Source: Vicugna vicugna
Lineage: Eukaryota
Reading direction: 5' to 3'
Assembly (NCBI GenBank): GCA_013265495.1
Contig: MU058017.1
Span: forward strand, 312,375-376,374
DNA length: 64,000 bases
The position numbers and the translations under genes are program-made. Below, in pieces: positions 49,486 through 59,682 of this stretch. The notes under the pieces were generated by a model, which was not told the origin of the DNA, ran no database searches, and worked only from the letters and a program-made list of their open reading frames with translations. Position 1 is the stretch's first letter; every line of letters starts with the position of its first letter.

Positions 49486-52478
49486 ATAATAATGACTACC
49501 AATTATTGAATGCTTGCTGAAATGCCAGCATAGTGGGCATTTGGGTGAGTAGAAGCTTCAAGTGTTGCTTTCTGCATACTGCAAATAAGGGTGCTGAGGA
49601 TCTCTTTGCCTTGTAGTTCATTTGATGAACTATGGAGTCTCCTACTCCAGGGTGCTGCTACGAGCTGTTAGGCAGTGTGGGTGATTTTGGGGCTCTTTAG
49701 TATTTCTGGTTTTTTGAGGGTTTTTTGGTTTGGGAGGGTAGGAGGTTTTTTGTGTTTTTTGTTGTTATTGTTTGTTTGTTTGCTTGCACTAAATGGCACT
49801 ACATCCATCTTCCCACCAGTTCCCCAAGAGAGGAAATTTCTGTAATTGCACAACCCCTTTCCATTCAAGGCCACCTCCCTCCCTTCACCATGGCAATGCC
49901 CATCACATATGGGCAGCTGTGGCATCATTGGAAAAAAGACGGGTGTCCTGGATGCCTCATCTAAGGTCTTAGCTCATCCCACGGACTTCTGGAGCTTTAT
50001 GCTGCTATGCCCTGCACACTCCCATTGAGGCTGCTGGCATCCCAAATGCATCCTGGTCCCTACATTTTGATGCAGCAACAGACTTTTGTAAGTCACGTGC
50101 GTATTCCCTACAACATTCAATGTCAGCACATCAGAATCCTATCCTACATGAATTCCATTTTCCTATTCTAAAAGCCCTAATCTTTTTATCCCTATGCCTC
50201 AATTATCAAGAGAACGTTCAGTCCAGGCTCCCTCAAAAAAAATAGCTCTAAGAAGCCCGATGTTAGAATACGGAAAATTGCAAGCAATAGTGGAAGGCAT
50301 TTTAGTTCATAAAGACAAAGGAAGAAGGGCTATAAAGCTTTTAAAAGATTTTGTCCCTCAAGTTTAGTTATCTGAGTTTTGTTTGTTTAGTGTTTCAATC
50401 TCATCTTCACTTATTCATTTATTCAACATGTAGCTCTGGGAACCTACTATGAGCTGAGCCCTATACTAGACACCTGCACTTATGATTAGCAGCTGAAAGG
50501 CACAGAAACCAATAAAAAGCCACTCGGAGCATAGATGCACAGGGAATGTGAGAATTTCTTTTCTTTCTCTTCAAAGGGGAGGCCACTTTTTGTGCATTTT
50601 TCATGCTGGTCAAGGTATTCTGAACCTTCCCTGGAGCCAATGCCCTCTCACAACACTCCCATTCTCACTCAGCAAAAGGTTCTCAACCACTGTCAAAGAT
50701 TTAAGCCCCATCTGACTCTGTAGGTGCCAAAAAAGTAACAATTCAGCACCTTAACAGACATGGTTCAGACATTCAACGCCCATATATAAAAATGTATAAA
50801 ACAGTAAACTATCTTTTATCTGGTATTCTTTCAACAAAAATTGTTATGAAATCTTAATTTTGTTGCCAACAAGATGAAATGAATAGTGAGTGTCCTGGGG
50901 ATGACCCCAAGACACTGAAATCCTAAGGCCCTGGAACAGAGTCAGGCACTTTGCTTTCAATAAATGCTGGTTGGATGAATACTGTCTGAATCACTGGGAA
51001 AGAAAATAAATTATTCCAAGTTGAGTTTTAGAACTAAACTACATTTAAGGTAACTTTTCATTTATCTAGCATCCCAATTGCTGAAAACTTCAACCCTACA
51101 GAACACAACTGAGGACCAAAAGTCAGAAATGCTCAGAGATTAAAAGACAGTGGTCATTAAGCTTCATATTCATAAGCAATTACAAGAAGCCTGCACTTCA
51201 AGCCTGTTTACTTCTACTTTGCAAATAATTCTAACAAAACTTGGTTCTCTGAGACCTAAGAACACAGCAAACTTGAAGTATCTAATTTGAAAAGGGAAAG
51301 GGGCTGCAACAAGTCAAAGTGCTTATGCCAGGAAGAAATAGAATCACAAAAGCCTAGCAATACAGGAGGAGGAAAAGAAGCTATAAAATGAGAAGAAATT
51401 CTAAGGTGCATGGCATTCGTTGAGGAGACAAATCATTGTAGAGCCCTAGGATGTTCTTGAGGGAATTGCTGAATCATAGCTGAATGTAAATATTGACATA
51501 TTTAGTAGTATCTTTTAAGAATTAAGGAAATTATATATTTTAAATAGATCATATCAAAACAAATATATTTTGGTCCTGATGAGTGTAAAATACCAGCTAT
51601 TAGGAAAAGTTTAATTATCCAAATGTCTCATTCCCTAAAGATTTGGGAAAGGTGAGGTTATTCTAATATGTATGAGTATGTACGCACACACATCTGCACA
51701 TATGTATATAAATTACAGGAAGTAGAATTGCTGTTAAGCTAGAAAACCTCACCCCCCCAATCGGCAGTATAACGGATTATTAACTTTTTGGTTGTCAGCT
51801 TCCAATAACAGCATGATCAAAGTGGTTACCTGGAATCCAAAACCTTGAGTTCATGCTTTATTTTCATCTAGTACAACTGAGATCAGGGAAATTACCTCAC
51901 TGCTCAGTGACTCAATTTATCTCTTTGTATAATGAGAAAAACAAAAGCTTACCTCACAAGAGTCTGGTGGACTTTGTTCCTGTTTCCAAAACTTGGAAAT
52001 GCTTAATATAAATCCCAATAAGAGCCTTGTTTGGGGTTATTACTTTTTAAGCAAATACCCCTCAAGGAAAAGATACAAAGGAAGTCAGTCTTTCTTTCCC
52101 TAATTTCTTTCCTTGCAATCTTTGCTTTCCAAAGAACACAGCAGAGAAACAAAGAGCCAAATGCTCTGACTCACGGCTTTTTCTAATAGTGTTGTGGTCA
52201 ATTTGCTCCCGCATAAAAAAGGAGTAGCTTTGAACTCTGGGTTTTGGAAGGCCAGGAGTGGAAAAACGTCTTTAGCAGAAAAAAAGGCACATTCCCAATC
52301 TGTCCAAATCTGTCCAATGCTTTGCGTTTGTGAGAAAAGTCCACTTGGGCATGCAGCAACCACTGGAGTCCTTTTCTGCTGTCAGAACTTTCTGACAAAA
52401 GGGGCTGAACTGTGCCTTTTTTTTTTTTTTAACATTTGAACATAGACTATATATTTTTAATATTATTGTAAAAGTTCA

Positions 52479-52698
52479 TTTTTTTCAGTTTTTTCATTGA
52501 AGTATAGTCAATTACAATGTGTCAATTGTTGGTATACAGCATCATGTTTCAAACATACTTATACATACATATATTTATTTTCATATTCTTTTTCATTATA
52601 GGTTACTACAAGATATTGAATATAGTTCCTTGTGCTATACAGTGGAAACTTGTATATCTATTTTATATATAGTAGTTAGTATCTGAAAATCTCAAACT
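52479..52698 (-). mobile_element. L1 3'UTR fragment (camelid/artiodactyl)
   Basis: T tail followed by attgaagtatagtcaattacaatgtgtc...ttataggttactacaagatattgaatatagttccttgtgctatacag. Confidence 0.9.
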
Positions 52699-53178
52699 TT
52701 GCCTTTCAATGAAATCTTGAATCGAGTTCCTTTTTCAGAGCTTATTCATTCAAGCCTTAAGATGTTGTCTCATTTTGAACTTGCTTTTAGGGCAAATGGG
52801 AAAATGGCATATAGCTTTGTGCCTAGAAAAGCTGGCTCCATCCTTCTTTGGGAAGAATAGTTCCATGTGGTTCAGAAAGCTCAAGGCACACTGAGGGTCT
52901 TCACTAAGAGACTTCTGATATTGCAGTTGGTTATTGCACCCCAAGTTGATCAGATGTCTTGCTTTTTGTTTTCTTGGATGCTGTTTTCTTAAAGCTTATC
53001 ACAATCTAATATATTCATACAACTTTATAGTGTGTGGAGGGCTTTCATGCATATTGATTCATGGGTGAGACCCAGTATGCTGCTGACTTCTCAGTATTTT
53101 GTAGTTCTGTTTTGTTCCTTGTTTTAATTCTTAAAAGACTCTTATAATCTGAAAAAGACACATACTGAATTTTCGTAC

Positions 53179-53599
53179 TTTTTTAATTGAAGTTTAGTTC
53201 ATTTACAATGCTGTGTTAGTTTCTGGTATACAGCATAGTGATTATAAATATATAAATATAAATATAAATATAAATATGAATATAAATATAAATATAAATA
53301 TAAAATATTAGTATTCCATTGTTTCTATGCACCACAACTTCTTTATCCAGTCATCTGTTGATGGACACTTAGGTTGTTTTCATGTCTTGACTATTGTAAA
53401 TAGTGCTGCAATCAACATTGGGGTGCACGTATCTTTTCAAATTAAAGTTTCTCTGGATATGTGCCCAGGCGTGGGATTGCTGAATCATATGGTAACTCTA
53501 TTTTCAGCTTTTTAAGGGAATCTGCATATTGTTTTCCACAGTGGCTGGACCAAATAACATTCCTACCAACAGTGTAGGAGGGTTCTTTTTTTTCACACC
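53179..53599 (-). mobile_element. L1 3' fragment with internal (ATAAAT)n
   Basis: ORF 53442-53675(-) contains L1 ORF2-like EKKEPSYTVG..LKKLKIELPYDSAIPRLGTYPE; the L1 terminus is at 53179-53243. Confidence 0.92.
53244..53303. repeat. (ATAAAT)n hexanucleotide microsatellite
   Basis: Seen directly, about 10 units. Confidence 0.95.
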
Positions 53600-53759
53600 A
53601 TTTAGTACATTTTAAAATATCTAGTGTCATTCTTTGGCTGATAAGATTGAGCAGTTGGCTGTTCTTATCTGTCACCCAATTGAAGAATTTATCTCAGTAC
53701 TAAAATCTCATTACCTAAAGTGCTCTAAGGACATCTCAAAAGTGTCTTTATTCTTTTCT

Positions 53760-54505
53760 CCTTGAGAGGAAGTTTTCTTAGAAGCACTCTCAGCTCACTG
53801 TTACCAAATACACATTTTACCTCCAGGCCATTCTGTCCCTCCTGTTCCAGAAGCTTCTCTTCCTGAGTGTCTTCCTTGACATGTTCTCATGTGCTCCTCA
53901 TCCTACCCCTCCTGCCTTCTGGGGACCTCACTCTGGACCATGTGCACCATCTTCCCAATTGAAGCTATAGCGTTCTTTCTTAGCACAGATCAAATTGTGA
54001 CTCACTCCTGTTTAAAGACCTTCAGAGATATTTCATGGCCCTCAAATTGGAGTCCAAACCCCATCACAGGATTTGCAAGGTCTTTCCATGGTCTGCGCCT
54101 GCTCATCTTCCCAGCTCCATTTCTTTCCACACCACCTGCTGCCAACAACCCAACTCTGCACTACAGTTACAGTTTCCTCTCAGAGTACCGTATCTCATAT
54201 GTTTTAGCTTTCATTTACACTTTTCTGTCTTTTTGCCTGAAACACTGCCTTCTCATCACCTCCCAACTCCCTAAGCATTCTCAGAAAACTTCCTTGAAAT
54301 TCAGAACTGGATTAGGGGGCTCTGCCATATTCTCACACATTGCCACAGCATCCAACACTCTCACTGTAACTCTTTAATTAACTTTTATCTCTCCTGGTCT
54401 GCAAACCCCATTATGGTCTGAATTGAGTCTGTCTTACTAAGCAGTATGTTCCCAACACTGAGCCTAAAACCAAGTGCAGTTACTCAATATTTGTTGAATG
54501 AAGGA
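53760..54505 (+). mobile_element. L2 3' fragment
   Basis: agatcaaattgtgactcactcctgtttaaagaccttca...gcaaggtctttccatggtctg...tactcaatatttgttgaatgaa. Confidence 0.75.
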
Positions 54506-54824
54506 ATTAGTGAAGGATACAGAAATCATAATCAAAGAAGCACAGCTATCAGAGCCAAAGGAGCAGATTCAAGGATCAACCAGGGTTCTAGAAAAAGTAA
54601 GTGGTCCAAAGTCTGGCCAAACAAGTCAGAAATCAAGAAGTCCTTAACAACCAACAGTGCAAAGTGGAAAGAAAAGGTCTAAGGCAGGCCCTTACCCATA
54701 CACAAACAAAATTTGATCACCACAACACCCACACAAGTCTCTCATGCTCATCCTGGGCAAACTTGCCCAGAGCATGATGGTGTGGTACAGGGACTACCTG
54801 CCTCAGGATTCTGCATTCCCAGTA

Positions 54825-54912
54825 GTCCTGCTGACTCAGAATCTCACGGGTTGGGGCCAGAAATCTGCATTTTTAACCAGCATCACATGGGATACTCATG
54901 CACCTTAAAGTC
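54825..54912. mobile_element. MER5-type hAT MITE fragment
   Basis: ctgctgactcagaatctc..ggttggggccagaaatctgcatttttaaccagc. Confidence 0.75.
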
Positions 54913-55314
54913 CTAGGTTAGAAGTGGGGACAATGACAATAGCAGGTGGTATAGGCAGAACAAGAGCGGGAAGCAAACACATTTCCTGGTGGTGTCTAGT
55001 TCAGTATTGTGAGCCCCCAGTTGCTCTACACATGGTTTATGACTTGTAGGTAAGGATATCTTTGCCCTGATTCATTCATAATGAACTAACCCACAGCTGG
55101 TCCATATTTGGCCCTTAGAAGTTACAACAAAGGTCGTGTGTACAGGGTGGGGGGAGGGTGGTGCTTTCATCGCACTTCAGTCATAACTCCCACTTAATTC
55201 CTCACTTGGGCCTCCCTTCTCTATTTGGGGCATGGCCTTGTATAATCCATCCATGCAACTTGTCTGGACAGATGAATATTTAACCAACATTCAATAAAAC
55301 AATATTGCCTTGTC

Positions 55315-56326
55315 ACTTGATCTCCAAAATATATAAGCAGCTTATATGACTCAATAAGAAAAAAATAAACAACCCAATCCAAAAATGGGCAGAAGACCTA
55401 AACAAGCAACTCTCCAAGGAAGACATACAAATGATCAAAAAGCACATGAAAAAATGTTCAATATCACTAATTATCAGAGAAATGCAAATCAAAACTACAA
55501 TGAGGTATCACCTCACACCAGTCAGAATGGCCGTCATTCAAAAATCCAAAAATGACAAATGCTGGAGAGGCTGTGGAGAAAGGGGAACCCTCCTACACTG
55601 CTGGTGGGAATGCAGTTTGGTGCAGCCACTATGGAAAACAGTGTGGAGATTCCTCAAAAGACTAGGAATAGACTTACCATATGACCCAGGAATCCCACTC
55701 CTGGGCTTGTATCCAGAAGGAAATCTACTTCAGGATGACACCTGCACCCCAATGTTCATAGCAGCACTATTTACAATAGCCAAAACATGGAAACAACATA
55801 AATGTCCATCAACAGGTGACTGGATAAAGAAGAAGTGGTATATTTATACAATGGAATACTACTCAGCCATAAAAACCAACAACATAATGCCATTTGCAGC
55901 AACATGGATGCTCCTAGAGAATGTCATTCTAAGTGAAGTAAGCCAGAAAGAGAAAGAAAAATACCATATGAGATCGCTCATATGTGGAATGTAAAAAACA
56001 AAAACAAACAAAAACAAAGCATAAATACAGGACAGAAATAGACTCATGGACAGAGAATACAGACTTGTGGTTACCGGGGTGGGGGGGTAGAGGGTGGGAA
56101 GGGATAGACTGGGATTTCAAAATTGTAGAATAGATAAACAAGATTACACTGTATAGCACAGGGAAATATACACAAAATGTTATGATAAATCACAGAGAAA
56201 AAAATGTGACAATGAGTGTGTATATGTCCATGAATGAGTGAAAAATTGTGCTGAACACTGGAATTTGACACAACACTGTAAAATGATTATGAATCAATAA
56301 AAAATGTAAAAAAAAAAAAGAAAAAA
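55315..56326 (+). mobile_element. 5'-truncated young camelid L1 with poly(A) and a perfect 19-bp TSD
   Basis: aaaacaatattgccttgtc at 55296-55314 and 56327-56345; AATAAA plus a long A tail; ORF2 C-terminus open. Confidence 0.98.
55431..55994 (+). pseudogene. L1 ORF2p C-terminal fragment (187 aa, cysteine-rich motif)
   Basis: [49 protein letters not shown]. Endonuclease and RT domains are absent, and there is an upstream in-frame TGA at 55347. Confidence 0.95.
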
Positions 56327-58026
56327 AAAACAATATTGCCTTGTCCATGACCTGGACAAAGGGCTAATAATAATAATAACAACTATGAAGAATTCATTGT
56401 AAGCTATTACTCCTCTGAGGAAAACAAAAATGTCCCCTTTAGTCCCCCTAAGCCTGTGGTTTTAAAACTCTTTCCAATTTTGCATTATTGTCCAAGAAAA
56501 ATAATTAGATATGGATGACTGAAAAAAATATCTAGAAAGTTCTATCTCAGGGAAAGAGGTTCACCTCAAACCAACATTTCCTGTTTTGATCTTGTGTTCT
56601 AAGGAGTCTCATTTTTTTCTTTGCTTCTACATACAGTTTTGTCACTTATGGTCACGCCTGTAATCTGTCATGCTCACAATGAATCCAGAATAAACACTGA
56701 TTTTTGTTACTATTCTATTATTTATAGCTTAAGATTACTCTTCACCTTTATCCCGAGACTTTGGCCCTTTGACGTCAGTACACAGTACCTTAAGTCCCTT
56801 GTAAACCAGAGCGTATGTGATGTGGGCAGGAAAAACAATACATTCTGACTTTCCCAAAGTCATTTGAATCAAATGTTTTAAGTGTAATTGAAAACATATT
56901 TTTACAAGAAAATAGAGCCAATAAACCAGAAAAGCTGTATGGAAACACCAGCTCCACTTCTCTGGCTTTTAATAAACTGCAGTAGAGGCTCTTAGGAACA
57001 GCAAGACACTTAGGTCCCTACATGGAATCATACAAAGAGGACAAGTGCTCATCCACAAGCATGGTTTCTCTCTCACAAGTGCTCTTTACAGAAAGTTCTA
57101 GCAGGGAAAGAAGAGGAAATATGTCAGGGCACCATGACTTTGTGTAACCTCCCTAATGTCAGTGTGCGGACCTCATATGCCTTTACATGGGTGGTATGAT
57201 TTAAGCGTGGAGCGGGTGCCTTTGCCCGCTCTGATCCCATGATCTAAAACCATGATTATCTTCCTATAATTATTATTTTAAAAAATATATAACTACAAAG
57301 GAAGTATTATTCTGGGCCAGGTCTTTTTCTCAATTGCAGTGACACAACTCCCACTAAATCTGTGGGTTATCATCTTCCTTCTTCTTAGTGTCAAATGTTC
57401 CTCTTGGTCTTCCCAGCCCTGAAACTAGAAGTCTATGGTGGTGCAGTGGGCCTGGCAATGGGAAGGATTCTGGGCTAAGAGATTAAATCCTTGGCACACA
57501 CAGAATCATTTTGGCACACTGGCTTCTCCTATAATTTCTCTAGCTATGAATTGGAGCAGATTTATTTACTCAATTTATAAAACGGCCCCATTCATTAAAG
57601 TAAATCACTTGATATAAAAGAACTAATTATAGAGCTTTTAGTAAAAATAAGTAAAAGCTTTTTACCTTAGGGCCAGGGGCAGAACCAATTTCTAAATTAT
57701 AGGTTTTTGCTACATGGATGTGTTAAAGTCCCAGGGGGGCATGATTTGACCTAAATTTGTTTAATAGCCAGTTGTGAGGTAATAGGCTTTTACTGTTTGA
57801 AGAACAGAGTAGCTATGTATATAAATATCCTTTGCAATGTCTATATCTATGGCAATTTTTAAAACAGATCAACTATGCAGTGTTGACAAGGGAATGGAGA
57901 CAGGAAAATGATCATCTAAACTGGTAAAACTCTCTGAAGTTGAACTAGTAATTCCACCCCAAGAATCTATCCTACAGATACACTCACTCTCATGTTGTCT
58001 TAGAATATAAGAATAATGATGTTCAT

Positions 58027-59007
58027 CAAAGGACACAGTCAACAGAGTAAAAAGGCAACCTAAGGAATGGGGGAAAGTATTTGCAAATCACATATCTGAT
58101 AAGGGGTTAATATCCAGAGAACGCCTACAATTCAACAACAAAAAGTAAACAAACCAATTTAAAAATGGGCAAAGGATTGACCAGACATTTCTCCAAAGAA
58201 GATACACAAATGGCCAACACATACATGAAAAAAGATGCTCAACATACATTAAGGAAATGCAAATTAAAACCACAATGAGATGCCATCTCACACCCATTAG
58301 CATGGCTACTATTTAAAAAAAACCAACAGGAAATAAATATTGGTGAAGATGTAGAGAAATTGGAACCTGTGAATTGTTGGTGAGAATGAAAAATGGCATA
58401 ACTTCTATGGAAAACAGTATGGCGGTTCCTCAAAAATTAAAAATAGAACTACCATATGACCCAGAAATTCCATCTCTGAGTATATACCCAAAATAATTGG
58501 AAACATTGTCTCAAATATATATTTTTACATCCAGGTTTGCTACATAGGAGCACTATTCAGAATAACCAAAAGGTGAAAACAACCCAAGTGTCCACTGATG
58601 GAAGGATAAATGGATAAACAAAATATAGTATACACATACAATGAAATATTATTCAGCCTTAAAAAGGAGGGAATTCTGATACACGTTACAACACAGATGA
58701 AACTTGAGGACATTATGCTAAATGAAACGTCAGTCACAAAAAGATAAATATTGTATGATTCCATTTACGTGAGCTACCTAGAGTAGTGAAATTCTTAGAG
58801 ACAGAAAATAGAATGGGTGGTCGCCAGGGGCTGAGGGGAGGAGAGAATGGAGAGTTATTATATAATGGGTATACAATGACAATTTTGCAGGATGGAAAGA
58901 GTTCTGGAGATGGACTGTACAACAATATGAGTGTGCTTAACACTACTAACCAGTACAGGCAAAAATGATTAAGATGGTAAATTTTCCATTATGTGTAGTT
59001 TTAAAAA
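58027..59007 (+). mobile_element. L1MA/L1MB-like 3' fragment inserted in an older L1ME-like remnant (~57870-58026, 59008-59200, 59690-59935)
   Basis: aaaggacacagtcaacagagtaaaaaggcaacc...atttgcaaatcacatatctgataagggg. Decayed TSD aagaataatgatgttcat (58009-58026) versus aagaatcatgctgttaat (59008-59025). Confidence 0.92.
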
Positions 59008-59208
59008 AAGAATCATGCTGTTAATTACAGTAATAGTGAAAAACAGAAAACATGCAAATCCTTCAAATGGGAAGCAGCCATTGGGTAGAATTCCATGCAA
59101 CCATTGAAAAAAAAAAGTTGTATATATAAATGTATTAACTTAGAAGGACATGCAGGATCCATGTTTTGAGTGAAAAAGCGGTTTTCAGGACAACATGCTT
59201 ATAATGAC

Positions 59209-59682
59209 TATATTAGTTTGCCAGAGCTGCCTTAAGAAAGTACCACAGACTAGATGACTTAGAACAACAGAAATGTATTCTCTCACACTCTGGAGGCCAG
59301 AAGGCTAAGACCAAGATGTCAGAGAAGTTAGTTCCTTCAGAGGGCTGTGAGAGAGACTATGTTTCATGCCTCTCTCCTAGCTTCTGATGGTTTCCTGGCA
59401 ATTTTTCGTGTTCCTTCACTTCTAGACGATGCATCACTCTAATCCCTGCCTTCATCTTTACATAATATTTTCTGTGTGCATGTTTATCTCTGTGCCCAAA
59501 TTTCCCCTTTTTATAAGGACACCAGTCATATTGGATTAGGGGTCTACCCTACTCTGGTATGACCTCACTTTAACTAATTACATCTGCAACAAACTTATTT
59601 CCAAATAAGGTCACATTCTAAGGCACTGGAGGTTAGGAGTTCAACATATGAATTTTGGGGGGACACAATTCAACCCATAACA
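59209..59682 (-). mobile_element. MaLR solo LTR (MLT1B/C-like)
   Basis: tattagtttgccagagctgcc..aaagtaccacagactag...ttataaggacaccagtcatattggattaggg...ggggacacaattcaacccataaca. Confidence 0.92.

Noticed and set aside
53889..54377. 162-aa ORF
   Set aside because: It lies within an L2 remnant and has no recognisable domain.
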